Origin: a virus
Taxonomy: Duplodnaviria > Caudoviricetes
Virus record (IMG/VR): IMGVR_UViG_3300025815_002696
Span: 1 to 53,277 of that record
DNA: 53,277 bases
Reading direction: 5' to 3' (one strand)
Shown: in pieces, positions 1 to 9,022 of the stretch
Numbering within the stretch: position 1 is the stretch's first letter
Layout of the letters: each line of letters opens with the position of its first letter
Position numbers and translations under genes: made by a program
The notes under the pieces: generated by a model
The model's database searches: none
Told to the model about the DNA's origin: nothing
Seen by the model: only the letters and a program-made list of their open reading frames with translations

Positions 1-257
1 TTGCCTTCGCCTTTGGATTTGCCACCGCATGCTCCACGGATCTTACCCTTCGGACCCATCCGCACCCATTTGTCCTTGAACCATTTCTTGAGGTCCTCGT
101 TCAGTGTCTCCTCGAACACCAATTCGCCACAGTTGACGCATATGTCCAAAGATTCTCTCTTGACGCAGTTGGGCACACGTTTGCCGAACATGGTCTTCAT
201 GCCCTTCTTCTCGTAGCCTTTCCAACACTTCTCCGTGATTATCTCACTGGCTCTCAT
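1..257 (-). CDS. Putative internal head protein (partial; runs off the window), absent from the ORF track
   Basis: Manual translation from the ATG at 257, which overlaps the upstream stop (TAATG): MRASEIITEKCWKGYEKKGMKTMFGKRVPNCVKRESLDICVNCGELVFEETLNEDLKKWFKDKWVRMGPKGKIRGACGGKSKGEG...; CTS-like N-terminus and basic Cys-paired modules. Confidence 0.8.
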   Translation of the reverse strand, partial: MRASEIITEKCWKGYEKKGMKTMFGKRVPNCVKRESLDICVNCGELVFEETLNEDLKKWFKDKWVRMGPKGKIRGACGGKSKGEG

Positions 258-439
258 TATTTCTTGCTGTTGCCCCAGTTGGCCGCACCCTTTTTACGAC
301 ACTGCACTAGTGCACCACTGGCGTAGGCCGAAGGCCATACTTTGTATCTTGATTTTACTTTGTGATAACAGGCGTCCTTCTTCTCTGCCAATTTTTCAAA
401 TTCGGCTTCTGATATCCCTACGACCTCAGTGATACGCAT
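257..439 (-). CDS. Small basic two-Cys peptide, putative internal head protein
   Basis: Start re-placed at MRITEVVG (439), 1 nt after the upstream stop; contains KKDACYHKVKSRYKVWPSAYASGALVQCRKK. Confidence 0.75.
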   Translation of the reverse strand: MRITEVVGISEAEFEKLAEKKDACYHKVKSRYKVWPSAYASGALVQCRKKGAANWGNSKK

Positions 440-440
440 G

Positions 441-1940
441 TTACCACTTCCTGCAAGACCAATATCTCGCTTTGGTCTTTGGTCCTGGATTTGCACAGTT
501 GTGACGTGCCCTGAATGATTTCCTTGCCTTAGGATTTGACTTTCTGATCTTCATTGTTTTCTGTCCGGCTTTCCTTGCTGAACTGCCACCGTGTCCGAAA
601 TTGACTTTCTTGACATTGCCTGTCTTAGGATCTTTCACGTACACTTTGAATTTCTTGACGTCACCACGCATTGGTTTGTTCAATGGAACTTTCCGCCCCT
701 GGTACTCTGCGTCAAACAGTTCCGTCTCGTCTTCTGGGAAACCCAATGGACCAAGCACTTCTTCGAAGTCTTCGTCCTCTTCTATGTTGAATTCGTCCTC
801 TTCAGGGAATGGTTCATAGGATTCGTTCTCAATATCGTGTGATGCCAACACCATGCTCATCGCATCTGCTAGTCCAACTTTGTCCATGTTCATTTGTTCT
901 ATGTCCGAAGTGTCGCCGTGATCATTGAACACCGCCATGTATTCTTTTACTTTCATAGGATCAAATCCTGCTTTGTTTAGGATATCATCACTCCTGTAAT
1001 CTAAGTCTTCCTGCACCGCTGATTCGTAGTCTGCTGGTTTGTCACCGCTCTCTAGGTCATCCGCCAGTTGGTCCAATGCTACTAGGCTTGGGTGTTCATT
1101 CATGTTGGGATGGTTGTCTAGGTGTTGTTTGATCTTTCTCAACATGTCAACTACCTTTTCATCTTCGCCTGCGTCTTCCTTGACCGCTGTTTCGTCCAGT
1201 GCAACAAGGGCCTCTTCCGCGTTGGTCAGTGACTGTATCGCTGACTTCTTGGCTTCCTCGTCCACTGACAGTGCTTCCACCCTGTCCTTGATCTGTGATA
1301 TGTCCAACATCACTTTAGTGAATTCGATCTTGTCGTCATCCGCCAGTTCGTTGACCGCTGGTTTTTTAACTGACCTTAGGTATTCCCTTGCTTTTGGTTT
1401 CAAGGCGTCAGCAGGTATGTGATCAAATCCCCTACGGACCCATCTCATGATCTCACTTGCCAACTCTTTTGCCAGTGTGTTTGGATCTTCATTGACTGTG
1501 CCTTCCATGCTTTCCGAGGTTTTTTGATGATCTTCCCAGAAGTCTCCAGCCATGTCAATCACACTGCTGTATGTGTCCATGAATTCTCCCATGTCCATTG
1601 ACTGTGCATCGTCGGCCATGGCTTTGTATTGTTGCTTGTCGTTGATGCCATAAAGTTTATCAAAACTTTTGATGTGAGGGTAATGACCTTCCTTGACCGG
1701 CACGTTGACGCCGTCTATCCTGTTCAATATGTTCCTGATCTCTATCATTGATTCCGCTATCGGTGAGTTGCCCATCTGCATCTGTGTCCTGTCGTTTGTG
1801 AATTGTGTTGTTTTAGCCAAACCCCTGCTACCTGCACTGGCCGGTGACTGTATCTGCTTGCCAGCGGACACGTGTCCTGTGTCTGTCATTGACACTTTGG
1901 CGTCTATGTATGATCCGTAGTTGTAGGGTATTGAGCTCAT
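441..1940 (-). CDS. Modular acidic protein with a basic C-terminal module, putative internal head protein
   Basis: 499 aa ORF with TAAATA 6 nt upstream; acidic body with several (I/L/V)-x-E sites, then a Lys/Arg-rich tail ending ARHNCANPGPKTKARYWSCRKW. Confidence 0.75.
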   Translation of the reverse strand: MSSIPYNYGSYIDAKVSMTDTGHVSAGKQIQSPASAGSRGLAKTTQFTNDRTQMQMGNSPIAESMIEIRNILNRIDGVNVPVKEGHYPHIKSFDKLYGINDKQQYKAMADDAQSMDMGEFMDTYSSVIDMAGDFWEDHQKTSESMEGTVNEDPNTLAKELASEIMRWVRRGFDHIPADALKPKAREYLRSVKKPAVNELADDDKIEFTKVMLDISQIKDRVEALSVDEEAKKSAIQSLTNAEEALVALDETAVKEDAGEDEKVVDMLRKIKQHLDNHPNMNEHPSLVALDQLADDLESGDKPADYESAVQEDLDYRSDDILNKAGFDPMKVKEYMAVFNDHGDTSDIEQMNMDKVGLADAMSMVLASHDIENESYEPFPEEDEFNIEEDEDFEEVLGPLGFPEDETELFDAEYQGRKVPLNKPMRGDVKKFKVYVKDPKTGNVKKVNFGHGGSSARKAGQKTMKIRKSNPKARKSFRARHNCANPGPKTKARYWSCRKW

Positions 1941-1949
1941 TTGTAGTAT

Positions 1950-2591
1950 TTATTTCCACAGCACCATCTTGAAACGTTCTTTTTCGATGCCAAAGAACTC
2001 GGTTTTCCACTCGCTCTGCTCAAAAAAGCCCAGTTTATGCCACTCATTTTTACGTTCCAGCATCATCCTTGCCTGTTCATCCCAGTCCTGGTTCACGAGG
2101 AACTCATCCATCCTCTCTTTCTTGTCGGCCACTTCATTGTGGTCGAAACCATCGTACTCCCAGTGTAGCAGTTCAAACACGTTGCCTTCCTTGTCACAGT
2201 AGTCTATCGAGAAGTCCAGTCCCCACTTGGGCCTCATGGCGATCAGTTTGTAGAAGTGTGGTCTGTATGCGGCCCATGTCTCCAACTGATTAAGTGCATC
2301 ACCCGAGTAACCTTTTCTCTCGAACATGTAGGCATGGTTGATGTGTGGTCCGTATTCTGTTTCATCCGCAGTAAACCAATCTTGACGGAGCGTTATGTGA
2401 GAACTGTTCCTGTGTCTTGTGGTAACAGCACCGTTGGCCACGGCATACAGTTGTTCTAGTCTGGTGAGATCATATCCGTTCTGGTCAAACATACTGACAA
2501 CTTCTTTTGGTGGACAAGCGAATATGCTCTTCACACGCTCAGTCCAGTATGGATTCGTGTTGAATCTGTTGTCGGTCAAGTGTAATCGCAT
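1950..2591 (-). CDS. Hypothetical phage protein
   Basis: 213 aa ORF with TAAATA 5 nt upstream. Confidence 0.75.
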   Translation of the reverse strand: MRLHLTDNRFNTNPYWTERVKSIFACPPKEVVSMFDQNGYDLTRLEQLYAVANGAVTTRHRNSSHITLRQDWFTADETEYGPHINHAYMFERKGYSGDALNQLETWAAYRPHFYKLIAMRPKWGLDFSIDYCDKEGNVFELLHWEYDGFDHNEVADKKERMDEFLVNQDWDEQARMMLERKNEWHKLGFFEQSEWKTEFFGIEKERFKMVLWK

Positions 2592-2612
2592 ACACTTATT
2601 TAATTTTTTGGA

Positions 2613-3467
2613 TTATTTTTTTTCTGCTGGATCTAGGTCGTTTGTGAACTTGTCTTCCGCTGGCACATCAAGTTCCACTTCTTCACCTTCGTCGAAGTCT
2701 TTGTCCAGCATTGGAACTTCGCCGTCGTCTTCTTTGTCGTCTGCGTTGTCCTCTGCTTCTTCGTCGTCCGCTTTTGCTTCTGGTCTGTGTGGTTCTTCTT
2801 TGTTCCTGTCGTAGTCCACCATGTCTTTTGTTTTCTCATCAACCTGCTCTTCCTCTTCAGGTGCTTCGGTCTTTTCAGCGTCTGCTATGATCTCAGTAGT
2901 CTCTGGAGTCTTGATGAGAATACTTGATGATTCTTCATTGTAAACTGCCTCATTGTCTGATATCGTGTTGTAAAGTTCAACCAGGGCAGTGTCTTCCGCG
3001 CCTTTGATGTACTCTGCGATATCCTTTGTGATAACTTCTCTGAATGATTTTGAGTCATATGTCTGTTCTTCTTTTTGTTCCGTCTTCAGTTCTGCCAACT
3101 GTGCTTCTAATTCTGCTATCTTGTCTAGTCTGCTGACCTCTTCGTTGACTTCCTTCTTGATAGAAGTCGCAATGGAGTCATCTGCGTCTGATTCTTTGAT
3201 CGCTTTGGCGATGCTTGATTCTGTTTTTGGTTCAGCAACAATAGACTCAACCATTTTCTTTGCTTTTTTTGAATGTTTTACAGGTTCAACGTACTCTTTG
3301 ATACCTGCCAGTTTGGCTATGTCAGCCAATGAAACTTCTTTGTCGTCTAATACCTTGGGAGCCTTGCCTGCCGCTTCCATCAACTGTGCTCTTTCCTCTT
3401 CAGGAGTCACATTGTTCATGGCGTTTAAACGTGCTACTAGGTCTCTGAAACTTGTGTCTGTGCTCAT
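2613..3467 (-). CDS. Highly acidic protein, possible prohead core/scaffold-type protein
   Basis: 284 aa Glu/Asp-rich ORF with a coiled-coil-like stretch and LAGI motif; full TATAAATA at 3474-3481. Confidence 0.6.
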   Translation of the reverse strand: MSTDTSFRDLVARLNAMNNVTPEEERAQLMEAAGKAPKVLDDKEVSLADIAKLAGIKEYVEPVKHSKKAKKMVESIVAEPKTESSIAKAIKESDADDSIATSIKKEVNEEVSRLDKIAELEAQLAELKTEQKEEQTYDSKSFREVITKDIAEYIKGAEDTALVELYNTISDNEAVYNEESSSILIKTPETTEIIADAEKTEAPEEEEQVDEKTKDMVDYDRNKEEPHRPEAKADDEEAEDNADDKEDDGEVPMLDKDFDEGEEVELDVPAEDKFTNDLDPAEKK

Positions 3468-3493
3468 ATGAGTTATTTATATTTGTTGTGTGT

Positions 3494-4678
3494 TTATTTA
3501 AGGCGTTGTTTTAGGTTAACTGCTAGTTTTGACTCGTATGCCAACCCTTCAGTCTTCATAAACTTGGCGTATTTGTTTTGTAGATCAGCCACGTGTGTTA
3601 GATCCTTACCGGAAGTCAGTCTGATTTTGGCGTCTGATAGGTCTTTTTCAATCATTTTTGCCAGTTCGTCATTGCCTGAATCCTGTGCCATGTCCAGTGC
3701 CGTGTTCATGGCCTTAACGGCTGGTATTGAATTGTCTATGGCGTTGTTGATCGAATTCACTCCAGCCAAACCTGCAACAATCACGCCCGCCATTGCCAGT
3801 CTCTTGCCCCATTCTTGGATGCCCTCGTCCAGTGCCGCTTCTCTCAACTTGTTGTAGTTCTTTGAAAGGTATGCTCTCGCCACCCTCTCGTCTGATGTTT
3901 TGAATGCTGACTTCTCGTGTTTGTCCAACACGTCATACACCATCTTGCCATCCTTGCCCTTGTACATTGAAACGTAAGGTTTGATGGTTGCCTCTTCGTT
4001 GGTCTCTTTCCTGTTCTCTTTGGCTATCTCTTTTTCTACTTCGTTCACTCTTTTCTTTAATATCCTCATCATGCCTGGTTTTGTGTCGACATCTTCTGCC
4101 CTGCATTTTCTTTCCAATATCTCGTCTAGGTGCTTCTGTATGATTCCTGCGTGTCTCTGTATCAATGAACCATCTAATTCTTCCCTGTATGGATTCAGTT
4201 TCTGGTAGTCCTCGTAGTGGTAAACTGCTTGTAGGTAGTCTGCCGCTAGATTCAATTTCGTCTGCACCCAACCTTCAAGGTCATCACCTTTACGGATCAT
4301 GTCCAACAGTTCTATTGCCATCTTTGCAGTTTGGTACAATTGGCTTTTGCTCATGTGTCCCTCGCCTGCGTCTTCCTTCACACCCTGCATGGTGCCTGTG
4401 CCTTTGGGCATCTTTTTCATTTCTGACATGCCGTCGTCATCGTAGGTGCCAGCCTTCGAACCTACTGTGTAACCGTGTACACTTTTCACGTAGTTTGATG
4501 CTAGGTCGATCTTCTTGGCCACCCATGCTTCCATCTCGGCCGCATCGTCTATCATGTTGTGTATCTTGATTGCGTGTGTGCCAATCTTCAACAATTGGTT
4601 CAGTGCCATGCCTGCTTCGTACGTGTCCGGCTTTGGCTCCGGCTTCTGCATCATGTGTGATAATTCGTTGAATTTCAT
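3494..4678 (-). CDS. Putative internal head protein with an internal ~50 aa duplication
   Basis: MKFNEL start; the repeat (E)xxMxxxQL...AI....MI.....(M/L)E.WV..K..LA..Y...V..Y occurs twice. Confidence 0.7.
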   Translation of the reverse strand: MKFNELSHMMQKPEPKPDTYEAGMALNQLLKIGTHAIKIHNMIDDAAEMEAWVAKKIDLASNYVKSVHGYTVGSKAGTYDDDGMSEMKKMPKGTGTMQGVKEDAGEGHMSKSQLYQTAKMAIELLDMIRKGDDLEGWVQTKLNLAADYLQAVYHYEDYQKLNPYREELDGSLIQRHAGIIQKHLDEILERKCRAEDVDTKPGMMRILKKRVNEVEKEIAKENRKETNEEATIKPYVSMYKGKDGKMVYDVLDKHEKSAFKTSDERVARAYLSKNYNKLREAALDEGIQEWGKRLAMAGVIVAGLAGVNSINNAIDNSIPAVKAMNTALDMAQDSGNDELAKMIEKDLSDAKIRLTSGKDLTHVADLQNKYAKFMKTEGLAYESKLAVNLKQRLK

Positions 4679-4679
4679 T

Positions 4680-5393
4680 TTAGTTGAATCCCAAGTGTGT
4701 TACTTCTGGATATTTGGCTATGATTTTCCTTGCTATCTCGTTGTGTGCTTTGACCATCTGGTTCATGTAACCCTCTGGCTTGCCACCACCTATCATTGTG
4801 GCACCACCTGGATTCTGATCGATGGTTGTTGGTTCTTCAGGTGATCTCTTGCCGATGTTCTTCTGCAACCACTGTGTGGTCCTCGCTATGAATTCTTTTG
4901 CTGGCACAGGACTCTGGTCCTCGAAGTCTGGGTTGTATCCTAGTGCATCCAGGAACTGTCTCATACTGGCGTTGCTCATGTAAGGGCTCTCCACTTCCTC
5001 GTCGTCCTGATATGCCTTTGGGAACGTCCATAGGTTTTTCTCTGTTGGGTGTTTGTGGTAGGCGATCATCTCTGCGCCTTCCTGTATTTCGCCGTCTGTG
5101 AGATCCTGCCGTGGTTCCATGACAGAGAAGTAACCGTCCTGGTCACCGTACATCTTCTTGAATGTCTCTGGGTCATGGTTTGCTATGGTCTTCATGACGA
5201 ATTCTTTTGGTGCGGTGTCTGAATCATCTAACAGTTGAGCCAATGATTTCAGCATCTGTTTGTCCAACATCTTAGCGGCCGTTTTGTACACCTCATAATC
5301 ATATGATTGTTTGCCAATCTCGTCCGCGGCTCTGTTGATTTGCCTCACTGCTAGTGTGGAACCTTCTACTTTTTCGAATTCGTAAAATCTCAT
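4680..5393 (-). CDS. Hypothetical protein with CTS-like N-terminus
   Basis: 237 aa, MRFYEFEKVE start; TAAATA 8 nt upstream. Confidence 0.7.
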   Translation of the reverse strand: MRFYEFEKVEGSTLAVRQINRAADEIGKQSYDYEVYKTAAKMLDKQMLKSLAQLLDDSDTAPKEFVMKTIANHDPETFKKMYGDQDGYFSVMEPRQDLTDGEIQEGAEMIAYHKHPTEKNLWTFPKAYQDDEEVESPYMSNASMRQFLDALGYNPDFEDQSPVPAKEFIARTTQWLQKNIGKRSPEEPTTIDQNPGGATMIGGGKPEGYMNQMVKAHNEIARKIIAKYPEVTHLGFN

Positions 5394-5404
5394 GTTGTCA
5401 ATAT

Positions 5405-5572
5405 TTATGCGGCACAGGCCTCACATCTACACTGCTTACAGACCTCTATTGGGTACTCCATGTAGCCTTCTGTGGGGTATCCTGTCTCTGTCCTGTTGCA
5501 CGTCTTGCCACAATGGCTACTGCAACCGCAGTTCTTACACGTTACTTCTTCTGTAAGCACCAAAGGTTCCAT
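5405..5572 (-). CDS. 55 aa Cys-rich, metallothionein-like or Zn-binding peptide, absent from the ORF track
   Basis: Manual translation MEPLVLTEEVTCKNCGCSSHCGKTCNRTETGYPTEGYMEYPIEVCKQCRCEACAA; fills the gap exactly, with TAATG coupling to the upstream gene. Confidence 0.8.
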   Translation of the reverse strand: MEPLVLTEEVTCKNCGCSSHCGKTCNRTETGYPTEGYMEYPIEVCKQCRCEACAA

Positions 5573-5835
5573 TATCTCTTGACCAATGGTCCACCCATTA
5601 GGTTCACGCCCGGTAGTCTGTGTGCACCTTTGGCAGTGCCGTCTGGATTTTTGGGTTGTACTATTTTTGGTAATCTAGGTGCCTTGGTGCCTGATCTGCC
5701 CGGAGATCCTGTGAATGATTTTGAGAACCTGTCCTTGCCTATGGCGACATGAGGACTTGTCACACTCGCTATGTTACCCGAACTTGTGGCCCCCGCTGTT
5801 GCGTATTCACGCACTATGACTTCATTTATCTTCAT
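5572..5835 (-). CDS. Small basic protein with CTS-like N-terminus
   Basis: MKINEVIVRE-YATAGATSSGNIA...; TAAATA 6 nt upstream. Confidence 0.75.
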   Translation of the reverse strand: MKINEVIVREYATAGATSSGNIASVTSPHVAIGKDRFSKSFTGSPGRSGTKAPRLPKIVQPKNPDGTAKGAHRLPGVNLMGGPLVKR

Positions 5836-6706
5836 TAAATTTATTTATTAGATCATTCAGCAAGATCAAATTAACAGTGTCCAGATCTGTCATATAAAGA
5901 CCATATGGCCTTTCTTTGTTTGAAAACATCCTGATGCCGTGTTTTTTTATCACATCCATCTCAAGTGAAAAATTACCTCCCAATGGGGTATCTGTTACAA
6001 CTCCGTGATTGGCGCCGGGATCATACGAGTCGCCATGTAATTTTATTTTATTCGCAGAAGGCCATAGGTTATGTTCATTTAAGTAGGTGGCCATCCATGG
6101 TAAGGGTGTTGTGACTTCATTTTTGCTGAAGCGTTGTGCAATTTTCAGAAATGTTCCTGCTTCCAAAAATATTTTTGGCATTAAAAAAATATTTTTTATC
6201 TGGATGTTGGCGAACTCTGTCATGAAGCCATTGGTATAATTGTTGTTGTTTAGAGAACACTCCATGGTGATGTTGTTTCCGATGTTGTCCTCATCGATCT
6301 CATACAAGAACATTTTCTTGGGTGTTTCAAATGGTCTTACCCGATTCATTGGTCTAAGATTTCCTCCAACATTTTCACCATCTAGTTCCTTTGTCATGAG
6401 GTCTGCTTCTTGTATCCAATTTTGATACCATGATTTTTCCGATTGTTCTGCTTGGCTTTCAGCGGATAAGAATTTTTGTTTATAGTCGTTCAATATTTTC
6501 TTCATCATGGCGGTGTACAACGGATATTTTTTATCATTGCACATGTGTTTGGTATAAAAATACGAGCTGATTGTTTTGGTGATCATGTCGATATCTTCGT
6601 CTAGGCTTATCTCATCTATGAAATGATCGTTTGAACGTATCCTGATCGACGATTTTTTATCTTTGTATGATTTGTAGAGGATCGAAATCCCAAGAATGTA
6701 CTTCAT
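5822..6706 (-). CDS. Hypothetical protein, AT-rich accessory gene
   Basis: 294 aa ORF, visibly more A/T-rich than its neighbours; TAATTA variant upstream. Confidence 0.7.
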   Translation of the reverse strand: MKYILGISILYKSYKDKKSSIRIRSNDHFIDEISLDEDIDMITKTISSYFYTKHMCNDKKYPLYTAMMKKILNDYKQKFLSAESQAEQSEKSWYQNWIQEADLMTKELDGENVGGNLRPMNRVRPFETPKKMFLYEIDEDNIGNNITMECSLNNNNYTNGFMTEFANIQIKNIFLMPKIFLEAGTFLKIAQRFSKNEVTTPLPWMATYLNEHNLWPSANKIKLHGDSYDPGANHGVVTDTPLGGNFSLEMDVIKKHGIRMFSNKERPYGLYMTDLDTVNLILLNDLINKFNEDK

Positions 6707-6716
6707 ATAGAAGTAA

Positions 6717-7250
6717 TTATTTTGATTTTTTACGTCCGGACTTCATGTTGGCACACCAGTGGTACATCTTTGCTCGTTCACCTGAGGCTTTCTTCGCTTT
6801 GCTCCTGAGACTTGTGACGGAACCCTTGCAACTGGCACCAGCACGTTTCACACGTCCTGGCCTGCTCTTGCCCTTCTTCTTGCCGTCCGCGAAGTTCTCG
6901 TTGAACTCCTTCCAATCCAACTTCAATTTCTTGACGTTCATGTACTGGCCACCTACAGGCACATCCTTTGTGGCGTTCTGCTTGGTCACTATGCCAACAC
7001 CCGCGGCCTCTTTCTGAGGTTTTCCGTGTTTGTTGTGTTGAGCCCAGGCCAGTGCGTATGCACCTGACTTGCCGAATTTTTTCTTCAGTGCTTTGACCTG
7101 TTTCTCCCTGCCCGGTGGTGCCTTCTCATTGGCTCGATTGTTGCCCTTGTTCTTGAAGTCAAACCTGTTGTTTGGACCCACACCTGGTCTGTGTATCAGA
7201 CCCATCGTGTCAGCAGTGTGTGGCATTATTATGAATTCTCTTATCTTCAT
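6717..7250 (-). CDS. Multi-module basic protein, putative internal head polyprotein
   Basis: Start re-placed at MKIREFII (7250, ATGA overlap); modules follow ANE, QKE and FNE sites. Confidence 0.75.
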   Translation of the reverse strand: MKIREFIIMPHTADTMGLIHRPGVGPNNRFDFKNKGNNRANEKAPPGREKQVKALKKKFGKSGAYALAWAQHNKHGKPQKEAAGVGIVTKQNATKDVPVGGQYMNVKKLKLDWKEFNENFADGKKKGKSRPGRVKRAGASCKGSVTSLRSKAKKASGERAKMYHWCANMKSGRKKSK

Positions 7251-7477
7251 TTCTTCTTCCTGCCCGCACAGTGCGCCTTCTGTGAGAAACCCTTTGGATT
7301 GTTGCAGTTTATACTCTTCTTGTATTTGCTTGACCAACCTTCCACCCTGTATGGGTATGCCATCATGGAATGGTATCCCATCCTTGACCTGCCCTTGGCC
7401 TGTTTCTCATATTTCTTTAGAAATTTGTCAACATCTGGGTGTACGTATTTTGTCGCCAGTATCTCTTTAATTCTCAT
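7247..7477 (-). CDS. Small basic two-Cys protein
   Basis: MRIKEIL start; C-terminal module EGWSSKYKKSINCNNPKGFSQKAHCAGRKKK. Confidence 0.75.
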   Translation of the reverse strand: MRIKEILATKYVHPDVDKFLKKYEKQAKGRSRMGYHSMMAYPYRVEGWSSKYKKSINCNNPKGFSQKAHCAGRKKK

Positions 7478-8069
7478 TGATGTCTACAGAACCGTGCCTA
7501 GCATCTTTTGTGGGATTGCCATCTTTGAGGATCCTTGCCCATGTTGTCATGTTTATCGTGCAGTTCTTGACCTGCTCTACTGTGTCATCGTCTTGTGTGA
7601 TCTCGTCTATGCCCTGTGCTTTTGATTCTATGTTGCACTGTGGCGGTATGGTGAAACCAAAGTTTGCGGCCGCCGAATACAAGACTCCGTGTATGTGTTG
7701 GAATCCATCTCCACCTCCTGAGACTAGAGTACCAAACACCTTGTTGTAGAAAGGTTGATGCTTGTTGTCCTTCGCCCAACTGTATATCACGTCTAATCTT
7801 TCAAGCATTGCCTGTATGTGGCAACTGTGATTGCCCCACCAAATAGGTGTTGCGAATATGACACCGTCCACGTCAAACATTTTCATTATGTGAGGTTTCA
7901 GTTCATCGTTGACGTCTGCTGTTGATCCTTCGTAATCTAAATCTCGCATTGTTACTACTTCACACTCATGGCCCATTTTCTCAAATGCCAACTGTGCCAT
8001 CTTACACACCTTGAATGTGTTTGATTCTGCATCTGGTTTTAGACTGCCATTGAATATCAAGAACTTCAT
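7467..8069 (-). CDS. NAD(P)H-dependent FMN reductase / flavodoxin-like (WrbA-type) protein
   Basis: N-terminal LIFNGSLK..SNT phosphate loop, DGVIFATPIWWG motif, NKVFG.LVSGG. Confidence 0.8.
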   Translation of the reverse strand: MKFLIFNGSLKPDAESNTFKVCKMAQLAFEKMGHECEVVTMRDLDYEGSTADVNDELKPHIMKMFDVDGVIFATPIWWGNHSCHIQAMLERLDVIYSWAKDNKHQPFYNKVFGTLVSGGGDGFQHIHGVLYSAAANFGFTIPPQCNIESKAQGIDEITQDDDTVEQVKNCTINMTTWARILKDGNPTKDARHGSVDINEN

Positions 8070-8620
8070 TCCGCCGCCCTCAATGTTATCACACCACAGG
8101 CCAATCTGTCACCTGCGTTGCCTGTCTTAAGACTCTCTGCGTCTCCGCCTTTGCCTAGGTCGTCCTTGTCTGAGTGTATCACGAAACCTCTGCCTATCAC
8201 TGACCTGTCACCTAGTAGGTCCACTCTCTTCGCTTCGATTGTGAACTTGGCAGTGCCTGAATCGTCTGCTGTGATGTTACCAAGATCTCCAACGTGTCCT
8301 TCGTTGATGTCGCCGTGATAAACCCCGTCTGGGTTGTAGTGTCCGCCCATTGATTTACATCCATCTGACATGTCTCCAAACTCGTGTATGTGGAATCCGT
8401 GTTCGCCTGGTTCTAGTCCTGTGATGGTACCTTTTACTAGTGTTGGCGTTCCTGGCGCCTGTATGAGCAGGATTGACCCCTTAACGGTGTCAGAATGCTC
8501 TAATATGCACTGTGCCACAGTTGTTTCCTGTGCTTCGGTAATTGCGTTTACCTTGCCGCAACTACACTCTTTGGCCTTGGTCCTAGGACAACTTGTTTCT
8601 GTGAATTCTTGTGCTCGCAT
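8066..8620 (-). CDS. sodC: Cu/Zn superoxide dismutase
   Basis: HGFHIHEFGD, GGHYNP, HVGDLGNI, VIH, GNAGDRLACGVI; metal ligands and disulfide Cys present; no signal peptide. Confidence 0.95.
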   Translation of the reverse strand: MRAQEFTETSCPRTKAKECSCGKVNAITEAQETTVAQCILEHSDTVKGSILLIQAPGTPTLVKGTITGLEPGEHGFHIHEFGDMSDGCKSMGGHYNPDGVYHGDINEGHVGDLGNITADDSGTAKFTIEAKRVDLLGDRSVIGRGFVIHSDKDDLGKGGDAESLKTGNAGDRLACGVITLRAAE

Positions 8621-8631
8621 TATGCGAGTAT

Positions 8632-8841
8632 TTATTTGTTTTTGGGCATTGGGTTTTCACCAGTGAGTCTAGGCTGTGCGAACCACAGTTTGAACCATTC
8701 GTCCGTACCCGGCTTGATGTTGTGTTTTCTCTGATATTGTGCTTTTTGTGTGCCAACGTAGGATAGGTTCTCGCCCATTGAATCTTCTTTGGGTAGTTTA
8801 TCCACACCTGCCAACTGCTTTATTCTCTCCAACTCGTCCAT
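8632..8841 (-). CDS. Small hypothetical protein
   Basis: 69 aa, LERIKQLAGV and IKPGTDEWFKLWF motifs; tightly packed with neighbours. Confidence 0.7.
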   Translation of the reverse strand: MDELERIKQLAGVDKLPKEDSMGENLSYVGTQKAQYQRKHNIKPGTDEWFKLWFAQPRLTGENPMPKNK

Positions 8842-8842
8842 G

Positions 8843-9022
8843 TTAGATGGTCCAGTCTTTCAATTGTTGTTTGGTAGGCTTATGTGCTTTGACCTTCTCA
8901 ACCTTTCCACCCTTGGCTAGGAACTTCTTCATCTTCTCGTCAAGTTCTCTCTGTAACTCTTGTGGTGTCTTGGGTATGTCGCCTGCGGCGTATGGTCTAT
9001 TGATCCCGCTGAATTTTGGCAT
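8843..9022 (-). CDS. Small basic hypothetical protein
   Basis: MPKFSGINRP...KFLAKGGKVEKV; start re-placed to the ATG at 9022. Confidence 0.6.
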   Translation of the reverse strand: MPKFSGINRPYAAGDIPKTPQELQRELDEKMKKFLAKGGKVEKVKAHKPTKQQLKDWTI

